DNA of 64,000 bases, taken from positions 6,358 through 70,357 of the forward strand of contig JAPLDH010000078.1 in NCBI GenBank assembly GCA_026391355.1, in the 5' to 3' direction. How positions within the stretch are numbered: position 1 is the stretch's first letter; every line of letters starts with the position of its first letter. Source of the stretch: Bacteroidota bacterium. GTDB taxonomy: Bacteria > Bacteroidota > Bacteroidia > Bacteroidales > FEN-979. Positions 55,727 through 64,000 of this stretch are shown piece after piece. The translations under genes and the position numbers were made by a program. Under the pieces are notes generated by a model, which did not search any database, was not told where the DNA came from, and saw only the letters and a program-made list of their open reading frames with translations.

Positions 55727-56767
55727 TTAACCGACATTGAATTTTTTGTGCTTATTGTAGGCAGAGATCTTTTCCATAATGATCAGAACCATGATAGCCA
55801 GGAATAGTGCCGAAAAAGTTGAAACAAGAACAATAAGCCATCGTACCGGATAAGATTTCTCCTCCGCTTTATAGGCATCATTAACAACGAATTTCTGTGG
55901 AAGGTTTTCTTCTGCATCAACTTTTGCCTGTTTATATTTGGTCTGCAGCAGGGTGAGCTGTTCTGTCTTGAATTTCAATGCATCCTGAAGGGTAAGGTAG
56001 ATCCCTCCATACATCCCAAGAATGTCAAGCTTTTTTTGCAATGCCTTGATTGCCGCCGGTTTGTTGTTCATTATTGCAATCGCCATTTGCTGGTTGTAAG
56101 CCTGCGATTGGTATTCAACATCATTTACACCAAGTTTTCCAATGTTGATCAGGCTGTCGGTAATCTTCTCAACCTCTGCTTTCAGGCTGTTATACTCCCC
56201 TTCAACAATCTTGTATCCTGTTACTGCACGCTGATGCTGCATTTGGTTCTTTGTCGAATCAAGAAGTTCCCCGATTTTATTTGCAATATCGGCAGCCATC
56301 TGCGGGTCTTTATCATAAACCGAGATCTTGACAGCCATGTATTCCGTTCTGTTAAACTTAATGTTTCTTTCATACTCCTGATAAAGCACAGAGTTCTTGT
56401 AGCGATAACCGGTATCTATCTCATAATGTGCCATCAGGTTAAACTTCTGGATGATCCTGTCCCTGATCTTGTTGGAGTTAAGTATCTGCAATAATTGCTC
56501 AGCCTGTTCATCTTCACCGAAAGCCATAAGATCCTGTCCTTTTGTCGATTGCTCAGACATTAACGCTTTTGACACTGAATTGGTGGCAGCAGGAAACAGA
56601 ATGACGATACTTTTAAACTTTGGAGTGATGAACCAGGAACAGGAAAAAAACCATGATCCAAAAAGTGCGATAAGACACACAATCAATAATGGCTTACGCC
56701 ACTTATAGATAAATACTATAAGCCCGGAAGAATCAAATTCCTCACTCCTTTTCGTATTATTAATCAT
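55727..56767 (-). CDS. Wzz-like polysaccharide chain-length determinant (paralogue 2)
   Basis: Same architecture and motifs (IRD.IIKKFNL..HY, KSYPVRW) as the adjacent gene. Confidence 0.65.
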   Translation of the reverse strand: MINNTKRSEEFDSSGLIVFIYKWRKPLLIVCLIALFGSWFFSCSWFITPKFKSIVILFPAATNSVSKALMSEQSTKGQDLMAFGEDEQAEQLLQILNSNKIRDRIIQKFNLMAHYEIDTGYRYKNSVLYQEYERNIKFNRTEYMAVKISVYDKDPQMAADIANKIGELLDSTKNQMQHQRAVTGYKIVEGEYNSLKAEVEKITDSLINIGKLGVNDVEYQSQAYNQQMAIAIMNNKPAAIKALQKKLDILGMYGGIYLTLQDALKFKTEQLTLLQTKYKQAKVDAEENLPQKFVVNDAYKAEEKSYPVRWLIVLVSTFSALFLAIMVLIIMEKISAYNKHKKFNVG

Positions 56768-56843
56768 AAAGGGCCAATTACATTTTTTGCCAAAGGTATA
56801 TAAATTTCATTAAAATCCAAATGAAACCGCACGAAGAACAGGG

Positions 56844-58319
56844 TTATTGATCATTCCGGAGGATTCGTAACAGGGATTTGATATTCAGTAGCTTCAGAAC
56901 AGCCGCAAGTAAAAAGGAAAGGATGATTGCCAGAATAAAATTGATTTTCCAGGAAAACCCGCCAAATGTACTTGTGAGGTGAATGGGAACCTGCTTTGAA
57001 ACAAAATTAAGAAAAACGACCCCTATTATAAAAAATGCAAGGGTTAACAGGTATTTGTAGTTGATCCTGAATTTAAAAACACGCTGTACGATGATAATCT
57101 GTACAATGGCTGTAAAAAATTGGGTTACCAGACTTGCATAGGCTGACCCTTCAGCATACATTCTTGGAATAAGGAAAAGGTTTATGCAAAAATTTATCAG
57201 GAGACTGCAGAGGGAAATGATGTTCAATTCCTTCAGATTGCCATTGGCCGTCAATAAAGTACCGAAAATATAAGTGGTTGAAACTGCTATAAATCCTCCC
57301 ATCAGAACTTTGAAAACATTGGATGCTTCAGTAATATGAACCTTATAAAGAAGATCCATTAGTTCATAACTGTAAAAAATACAGCCAATTGAAACAATGA
57401 GTGCAATGGTGATAAGGATTGTAAAGGCAAGCTTCAGCATGTATTCAATTGATTGCCTGTTTTTCAACATGCGTGAAAAAATCGGCACAAGCAATACTGC
57501 GAAAAGATATCCGATCATATTGGCAGCATCAAGCAAACGGAAACTCTTTGCATAAATTCCTACCTGCTTGTTCCCGATCGTATCCGGAAGAAGTTTCTCC
57601 AGCATAATTGGGTCCAGGCGGTTGTAAAATGACATCAGTAATACAAGAAGTGCGAAAGGATAACTTTGCTTTATAATCATCAGGAAAAAAGCGTAGTTCC
57701 AGGTAAGTTTCCGAAACTGTGCCTTCTTTAGTACGATAAAAAATGCAATGAAAGCTGTCAACAGATATGCGATGGTTTGGGAATATACAAACCATTCTAT
57801 CCTGAAGGGCGTCTTGGTAACGTGACCAAAAAGGAGAACACCGCAGAAAAGGATCATCAGGAAACGATCAAGAATCGATAAAAAGCTGTCTGTTTTGAAA
57901 GAAAAAATCCCTGAAATATTTGATCTGAGATAAAGAATAAATGAAACAAGTATCTGGTTGAAAGCGAGTATGCCCAATAGTTTTAATTGTGCAGCATTGT
58001 AATTCATGATGAAGGCAATGATGAATGTAATGACAATATATACTGCTGCCAGCATGATCTTCATCACGAGAATCCCTGAGAAATGTTTATTCAGGAGATG
58101 GCTGTTTTGGGCAATATTCCGGTTGTTAAAATTTGTAATCCCCAGATCGAGGATGATCTGAAAAAGAAATGAAAAATTAAAGATAACGAAATAGAACCCA
58201 TAATCTACTTCGCCTACAATATTCTGAACATTCCGGTCAATCCCGAATATAAATACCGGTTTGATCAGCAGATTCAGTAAGAGTATTAGCCCTAAATTTG
58301 TAAGGAATTTACGCTGCAT
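56844..58319 (-). CDS. Wzx-type oligosaccharide flippase (MOP superfamily)
   Basis: 491 aa with about 12-14 TM helices, located in a polysaccharide cluster. Confidence 0.7.
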   Translation of the reverse strand: MQRKFLTNLGLILLLNLLIKPVFIFGIDRNVQNIVGEVDYGFYFVIFNFSFLFQIILDLGITNFNNRNIAQNSHLLNKHFSGILVMKIMLAAVYIVITFIIAFIMNYNAAQLKLLGILAFNQILVSFILYLRSNISGIFSFKTDSFLSILDRFLMILFCGVLLFGHVTKTPFRIEWFVYSQTIAYLLTAFIAFFIVLKKAQFRKLTWNYAFFLMIIKQSYPFALLVLLMSFYNRLDPIMLEKLLPDTIGNKQVGIYAKSFRLLDAANMIGYLFAVLLVPIFSRMLKNRQSIEYMLKLAFTILITIALIVSIGCIFYSYELMDLLYKVHITEASNVFKVLMGGFIAVSTTYIFGTLLTANGNLKELNIISLCSLLINFCINLFLIPRMYAEGSAYASLVTQFFTAIVQIIIVQRVFKFRINYKYLLTLAFFIIGVVFLNFVSKQVPIHLTSTFGGFSWKINFILAIILSFLLAAVLKLLNIKSLLRILRNDQ

Positions 58320-58475
58320 AAATAATATTAAAAGCTTACGGGATCAGAAACTTTTCACGAAAACCTTAAAAAATATTCGGATATTTGCTACAAAGTTATA
58401 ATTTATATTTTTGGAAATACTTATAAATTCGACCGGTTCGGATTTTAACACTTGCATTCAACTTTACCTTTTGAG

Positions 58476-59606
58476 ATGAACATTGCTGTCAACACAAGGT
58501 TACTGATCAAGGATAAGCTTGAAGGCATCGGATGGTTTACATTTGAGTCCCTTAAAAGAATTACGACCCAGCATCCCGAGCATCATTTCTATTTCATTTT
58601 TGACCGCCCATATGCGAATGAGTTCATTTTCTCTGACAACATCACCCCGATCGTTCTCTACCCTCAGGCACGCCATCCATTGTTGTTCTATTTATGGTTT
58701 GAATACAGCCTGGCATCATTACTAAAAAAACTAAAGGTTGATTTATTCCTTTCTCCCGACGGATACTTATCACTGAAAACCGACGTAAAGTCGCTCGCAG
58801 TTATCCATGATCTTAATTTTGAACATTATCCACAGGATCTTCCATTCCTGATACGGTGGTATTATCAGTATTATTTCCCGAAATTCGCCAGAAAATCACA
58901 CAGGATTGCAACGGTGTCCGAGTTTTCAAAACTGGATATCATGAATCTTTACCATATCCCTGCCAACAGGATCGATGTCGTTTACGATGGGGCAAATGAA
59001 GCTTATGTACCCCTCACAGATGACCTCATCCAGACAGTCAGAAATAAGTACTCCAAGGGTTCACCCTATTTCATCTTTATCGGATTAATTCATCCGAGAA
59101 AAAACCTTGCCAACCTTTTCCGGGCTTTCGATCTTTATAAGAAAAAAGCTGACGGAAACGTCAGGTTAATGGTGGTTGGAGCAAAAAAATGGTGGACAGG
59201 GGAGATCAATGCTGCATTTCGCGGGATGGAATTTGCCAATGATGTAATTTTTACCGGCCGTTTGAATTCAGATGAGCTTCGTTTGGTATTGGGGGCTTCT
59301 CTTGCACTAACGTATGTTTCCTATTTCGAGGGATTTGGGATTCCCATCGTAGAAGCCTTCCGGACGCACACACCGGTGATTACCTCAAATGTGACCTCGA
59401 TGCCGGAAGTACTTGGTGATGCCGGACTTCTTGTTGACCCGTTGAAGCCGGCTTCAATTGCAGAAGCTATGCTGCAAATATCACAAGATGAGAATCTGCG
59501 AAAAGATCTCATAAAAAGGGGTGAAATCCGGAAAGAGCTTTTTACCTGGCAAAAAACTGCCGACAGGCTCTGGGCATCTATCGATAAGGCTATTTATGAT
59601 AAATAA
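58476..59606 (+). CDS. GT4-family glycosyltransferase
   Basis: C-terminal EGFGIPIVEA motif (E-x7-E type) and Rossmann-like halves. ATG 58476 is preferred to the TTG at 58452. Confidence 0.8.
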   Translation: MNIAVNTRLLIKDKLEGIGWFTFESLKRITTQHPEHHFYFIFDRPYANEFIFSDNITPIVLYPQARHPLLFYLWFEYSLASLLKKLKVDLFLSPDGYLSLKTDVKSLAVIHDLNFEHYPQDLPFLIRWYYQYYFPKFARKSHRIATVSEFSKLDIMNLYHIPANRIDVVYDGANEAYVPLTDDLIQTVRNKYSKGSPYFIFIGLIHPRKNLANLFRAFDLYKKKADGNVRLMVVGAKKWWTGEINAAFRGMEFANDVIFTGRLNSDELRLVLGASLALTYVSYFEGFGIPIVEAFRTHTPVITSNVTSMPEVLGDAGLLVDPLKPASIAEAMLQISQDENLRKDLIKRGEIRKELFTWQKTADRLWASIDKAIYDK

Positions 59607-59614
59607 TCTGTAAC

Positions 59615-60892
59615 ATGAATGTTCTTCTACTCGGATCTGGCGGACGTGAACATGCCATCAGCCTGAAATTATCACAAAGTCCGCTCCTCGAAAAACTTTA
59701 TATCGCCCCCGGCAATGCAGGAACCACAGCAACAGGAATAAATGTGCCCATCCAGGTCACTGACTTTCCGGCCATCCGTGAATTCGTGCTAAGAAATCAG
59801 ATCGGGATGATTGTGGTTGGGCCGGAAGATCCGCTCGTAAAAGGGATACATGATTATTTCCTCAGGGATCCTGACCTTGCCATGATACCTGTGATTGGTC
59901 CGGTAAAAGCAGGTGCAATGCTCGAGGGATCAAAGGAGTTTGCAAAGAATTTTATGCAACGGCATGGCATTCCAACCGCTTCCTGCAAAATCTTCAGTAA
60001 GGAAAATCTTGAGGAAGGCGACATGTTCTTCAGGAAGGGTCATCCGCCTTTTGTTTTGAAGGCCGATGGACTTGCTGCAGGTAAAGGAGTAGTGATCTGT
60101 CCAACCGTCGAGGATGCAATCCGTGAACTGAAGGAAATGATCACTGATGAGAAATTCGGCACCGCTTCAAAGCATGTAGTGGTTGAGGATTTTTTAAAAG
60201 GCATCGAATTATCTGTCTTTATTCTCACTGATGGGGATTCATATAAGATATTTCCTGAAGCCAAAGATTACAAAAAAATTGGTGAAGGTGATACCGGTCC
60301 GAATACCGGAGGAATGGGATCTGTCTCCCCAGTCCCGTTTATGAATCACACTTTGAAGGATAAAATCGAGAAAAGGATCATCCGGCCTACTATCCTGGGA
60401 CTGAAATCAGAGAATATTGACTATAAAGGGTTTATCTATTTCGGATTGATGAATGTGGATGATGAACCCTTTGTCATTGAATACAATTGCCGGTTGGGTG
60501 ATCCCGAAACAGAAGCCGTTCTTCCGCGCCTTTGCAATGATCTCCTTGAACTCTTCATAGCCGTGGGTAACAAAACACTTGACAAATGCACGATTACCAC
60601 AGACCCGCGTCATACGGTTACCGTAATGCTCGTTTCCGGCGGATATCCCGGAGTATATAAAAAGGGATTTGAAATTACCGGAGAAAAAGGAGTATCCGAA
60701 AGCCTGGTCTTCCATGCAGGAACAGTTACAGATCAGAACGGGGTGGTCAGGACAAGTGGTGGAAGGGTAATGGCCATCACATCATTTGGGAATACCTTCG
60801 GGGAAGCGCTTGAGAGATCTTATGAAAACGCAGAAAAGATACATTTTGAGAACAAATATTTCAGAAAAGATATCGGCTTTGATGTAAAATAG
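59615..60892 (+). CDS. purD: Phosphoribosylamine--glycine ligase
   Basis: MNVLLLGSGGREHA, APGNAG, ADGLAAGKGV, ATP-grasp, 425 aa. Confidence 0.95.
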   Translation: MNVLLLGSGGREHAISLKLSQSPLLEKLYIAPGNAGTTATGINVPIQVTDFPAIREFVLRNQIGMIVVGPEDPLVKGIHDYFLRDPDLAMIPVIGPVKAGAMLEGSKEFAKNFMQRHGIPTASCKIFSKENLEEGDMFFRKGHPPFVLKADGLAAGKGVVICPTVEDAIRELKEMITDEKFGTASKHVVVEDFLKGIELSVFILTDGDSYKIFPEAKDYKKIGEGDTGPNTGGMGSVSPVPFMNHTLKDKIEKRIIRPTILGLKSENIDYKGFIYFGLMNVDDEPFVIEYNCRLGDPETEAVLPRLCNDLLELFIAVGNKTLDKCTITTDPRHTVTVMLVSGGYPGVYKKGFEITGEKGVSESLVFHAGTVTDQNGVVRTSGGRVMAITSFGNTFGEALERSYENAEKIHFENKYFRKDIGFDVK

Positions 60893-60905
60893 TACAAACA
60901 AAACC

Positions 60906-61892
60906 ATGTTCCTTAAGTTCTTCAGATCCAGTTTTGCAGCGCAATATATTATGATTGCACTAACCGGATTGATTCTTTGGGGTCATACCTTGATTTCTCC
61001 TGTCAGAATGCCGGTTCCCTCAGGCCCGGTTCCATTCTATATCCTTCTTTTTCAACTTCTTTCTGACTTTCCACACATTGCTTCCCTGCTTGGTTTTCTC
61101 CTGGTTCTGGGTACTGCTTTTTTCCTTAATTTTCTCTTTACACAACAGGAGATTGCACTGAAAAACTCATCCCTGGTTGCATTCCTTTTCCTGGTGTTTG
61201 TAAGTTATTTCCCTTTCCTTTTAACGCTGCAACCCATAAACATCAGCATTTTTATCCTTTTATGGATACTCTACCAGCTTTTTAAAACATACAACAGGGA
61301 GGAATCCCTGGAATTGTATTTTGCTGCCGGTTTTTTCGTAAGTATTGGTTCATTCTTCTACTTCCCATTCATTCTTTTTTACCTGTTTATCCTTGTTTCC
61401 TTTATTGTATTCCGCTCAACAATCTGGAGAGAATGGTTAAGTTCATTGATCGGCCTGTTTACACCCTATATTTTCCTGATAACATATTACTATGTGGCAA
61501 ATAAACTCCCTCCGGAAATCAAGGAATATGGTCATTCAATCAGCATCAGCAACCCTTTCCACATGGTGAATACACCAACGGTTTTTCTCATATTCTCTGC
61601 CCTGATCATCCTGGGTCTGATCATCGGTTTTTTTTACAATATGTCGCACCTGACAGAAAAAACAATTGAAAACAGGAAAAAGAATATTCTTTTATACTGG
61701 TCAGCGCTTTTTATCGTGATCTCTTCGTTTTTTTCAAAGTCATTACTGAATTACCATTTGCAGTTCCTTGCTCCCATTGTTGCGGCGTTCCTCTCTTATT
61801 ATCTCCTTCACCGGAAAAAAATATTCTGGGTGGAACTGATATATTCCCTTTTCCTCCTTGCAGTGATCTTAAATAATCTCATCTTTGGATAA
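60906..61892 (+). CDS. Hypothetical multi-pass membrane protein
   Basis: About 9 hydrophobic helices with no recognisable catalytic motif. Confidence 0.5.
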   Translation: MFLKFFRSSFAAQYIMIALTGLILWGHTLISPVRMPVPSGPVPFYILLFQLLSDFPHIASLLGFLLVLGTAFFLNFLFTQQEIALKNSSLVAFLFLVFVSYFPFLLTLQPINISIFILLWILYQLFKTYNREESLELYFAAGFFVSIGSFFYFPFILFYLFILVSFIVFRSTIWREWLSSLIGLFTPYIFLITYYYVANKLPPEIKEYGHSISISNPFHMVNTPTVFLIFSALIILGLIIGFFYNMSHLTEKTIENRKKNILLYWSALFIVISSFFSKSLLNYHLQFLAPIVAAFLSYYLLHRKKIFWVELIYSLFLLAVILNNLIFG

Positions 61893-61916
61893 TCCAGGAA
61901 CCAACAGCATTAACTT

Positions 61917-62516
61917 ATGCTGAAAAGTTATTTTGATATTGCCCTCGTTGAAGCAGGTTGTGATGAAGCCGGCCGTGGATGTCTAGCAGGTCCTGTGTTT
62001 GCAGCAGCAGTGATCCTTCCAAAAAACTTTCAGAACGACGCGTTGAGGGATTCCAAAAAGCTCTCTCTCCGGCAACGCCTTTCATTACGACCGCTCATTG
62101 AAAAGCAGGCGTTGGCCTGGGCTGTTGCGAGTGTTGAACCTGATGAAATTGACAGTATCAATATTCTGAATGCTTCATTCCTTGCTATGCACAAAGCCAT
62201 CAACAGTTTAAAAACAATCCCGCAACTTTTACTGATCGACGGAAATCGTTTCCGCCCTTATAAAAATATTCCTCACATCTGCATCATTAAAGGAGATGAT
62301 AAATACCTCTCAATTGCTGCGGCATCTGTTCTTGCAAAAACAAACCGGGATGATTACATGATAAGGATTCATTCTGAATTTCCACAATATAATTGGTCAG
62401 GGAACAAAGGATATGGTACCCTGGTTCATCGGGAAGCAATTGCACGTTATGGCATGACCCTGTATCACAGGAAAAGTTTTAAATGGTCTGTACAATTGAA
62501 ATTACCTTTTAATTAA
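61917..62516 (+). CDS. rnhB: Ribonuclease HII
   Basis: GCDEAGRGCLAGPV, DSKKLS, IDGN, ASVLAK. Confidence 0.95.
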   Translation: MLKSYFDIALVEAGCDEAGRGCLAGPVFAAAVILPKNFQNDALRDSKKLSLRQRLSLRPLIEKQALAWAVASVEPDEIDSINILNASFLAMHKAINSLKTIPQLLLIDGNRFRPYKNIPHICIIKGDDKYLSIAAASVLAKTNRDDYMIRIHSEFPQYNWSGNKGYGTLVHREAIARYGMTLYHRKSFKWSVQLKLPFN

Positions 62517-62612
62517 CAACACTTTGTTAGCTTTATTTGTTCCTCCAACAAGGAAGCATTGCCAGTTTCACACTATTTTTAGACTCCTCTTTTTTATTCA
62601 TTCCTGTTTAAG

Positions 62613-64000
62613 ATGAGATTCTTTAAAGTATCATTACTGTTAACGTTGTCAATACTTGTTTTAGGTGGAATTACATACATCGGCTACCTCCTTTACCAGC
62701 AACTGAACAAGCCATCCGAATCACCGGTTAAAGCAATTTCAGAAAATACCGTCCTGGTGATAAATGTTCATAAACCGGCCGGCCTTATGCAGGAACTGCA
62801 ACAATCAAACCTGATATGGAAAGATGTAATGGCTTTCCCTTTTATGCAGCCTTTCCGGTCGGAACTTTCTTTTCTTGATTCAGCAATTCGGAAAAACGAA
62901 AAGATTGCCGGCATTTTCAGGAATTATCCCCTTTGGCTGGCTGTATCATTAAGGGGGAGAACATCTTTTGAGTTATTGATCCTGACTTCAGTCCCTGGCA
63001 AAGAACCTGAATCCGTGATTAATGATTTCTTCAGGCAAACTTATAAGAACAGAATAACCATCCTTACAAGCCCTTATGCTTCTGTTAGCCTTGAAGAAGT
63101 GATAGTGAAAGGATATCCTGACCCCTTTTATTTTGCAGTCAGCAAAGGAGTGTTTATGGGTAGTTTTCATTCCGACCTTGTTAAAAAAGCAATCGACCGG
63201 CTTTCCCTGAATATTTCATCTATTACAGGAACCGGTTTCAAGAAGGTTGAATCGATAATCGGTAAAAAAGTCGATGCAAACATCTATATCAATTACCGGT
63301 ACCTGTCATTCTACCTTTCGCGGTTTTTTAACGAAAATATGAATACCAACCTGGTCAAACTTTCACTTTTTGCCGATTGGAGTGGTCTGGATATGATCAT
63401 CAAGCGTGACGAACTGCTCGTAAACGGTTATTCAACATGTGGTGATACAACAACCCGGTTTCTTCCACTTTTCCAGGATCAAATCCCACAAAAAATTGAG
63501 ATTTCACGAGTTATCCCCGATGATGCCAGCTCTTTTGTATTTTTTGGCTTGAATGATTTTAAAAAATTCTATTCCAAATTTCAAGTGTATCAACCCGAAC
63601 AGGCCATGATTCGCGATAATTTCACTATTTCGGGTGAAACTCCACGGCTGGGTGACATTCCTTCCTGTGAATATTTCCTTCCATGGGTAGGTAATGAAAT
63701 AGCCTTGATTAATACTGAAAACCCCGCCAGGGATGAAGAGGAATCCTCCTATGCCATCCTTAAGGTGAGCGACAAGCATCTGGCCGACAGCCTCTTGTAT
63801 GAGTTGTCGAAAATCACCGGTAAAAAACACGAAGTGCAGGTTTATAAAGATGTTCCAATTAACACACTGAATATCCGTAATATCATTCCCCATACCCTGG
63901 GGAGCTTCCTGGAAAAGGTCACAGGGTCCACCTATAGCTTTCTTGATGATTACATCATCTTCAGTAATGATCCAGCTTCCCTCAAACGGTTAATCGATCG
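62613..64000 (+). CDS. Hypothetical exported/membrane-anchored protein (DUF3352-like?), runs off the window
   Basis: Not in the ORF track because it has no stop. ATG 62613 gives MRFFKVSLLLTLSILVLGGITYIGYLLYQQ..., open for more than 460 codons to the window end. Confidence 0.6.
   Translation, partial: MRFFKVSLLLTLSILVLGGITYIGYLLYQQLNKPSESPVKAISENTVLVINVHKPAGLMQELQQSNLIWKDVMAFPFMQPFRSELSFLDSAIRKNEKIAGIFRNYPLWLAVSLRGRTSFELLILTSVPGKEPESVINDFFRQTYKNRITILTSPYASVSLEEVIVKGYPDPFYFAVSKGVFMGSFHSDLVKKAIDRLSLNISSITGTGFKKVESIIGKKVDANIYINYRYLSFYLSRFFNENMNTNLVKLSLFADWSGLDMIIKRDELLVNGYSTCGDTTTRFLPLFQDQIPQKIEISRVIPDDASSFVFFGLNDFKKFYSKFQVYQPEQAMIRDNFTISGETPRLGDIPSCEYFLPWVGNEIALINTENPARDEEESSYAILKVSDKHLADSLLYELSKITGKKHEVQVYKDVPINTLNIRNIIPHTLGSFLEKVTGSTYSFLDDYIIFSNDPASLKRLID

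Overview
The window looks like a chromosomal segment of a Bacteroidota bacterium. Supporting signs are an LpxC/FabZ fusion, a PorX-type regulator, a T9SS C-terminal sorting domain and TAnnTTTG-type promoter boxes.

Most of it is housekeeping:
- lipid A genes: lpxD, lpxC-fabZ, two tandem lpxA, and a second lpxD next to efp
- aroA/aroB, tsaE, purD, rnhB, tex, feoAB and thioredoxins
- an O-antigen/Wzx/Wzz/ligase cluster

Four regions stand out:
1. 2605-7790 is a tightly overlapping six-gene stressosome-like module: STAS-like, RsbR, RsbS, RsbT, a GHKL-PP2C phosphatase, and a hybrid histidine kinase that itself starts with an RsbT-like domain.
2. 16.1-28.0 kb is an AT-rich defence island between tex and an orphan lutA-like gene. 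It holds a HigA-ImmA fusion with a truncated toxin relic, flanked by a duplicated copy of the tex 5' end. It also holds a DUF3800 gene translationally coupled to an unknown 181-aa gene. Its main feature is a four-gene operon, SNF2 ATPase / single-HKD PLD nuclease / beta-class MTase / type III Res. That operon fits neither plain type III R-M nor canonical DISARM, and it is my best candidate for an undescribed system.
3. 28863-29785 is a RAYT (HUH/Y1) transposase bracketed by clusters of its own REP hairpins (a REPtron). Dispersed REP doublets occur elsewhere in the window, along with a second GC-rich palindrome family.
4. 41962-50280 holds two adjacent giant secreted proteins. They share a roughly 90% identical array of ~80-aa Ig-like repeats and a FISUMP C-terminal domain. 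The second copy has that domain detached by a deletion and frameshift.

I found no rRNA, tRNA, CRISPR array or integrase. All family assignments come from motif recognition by eye and need profile searches to confirm.
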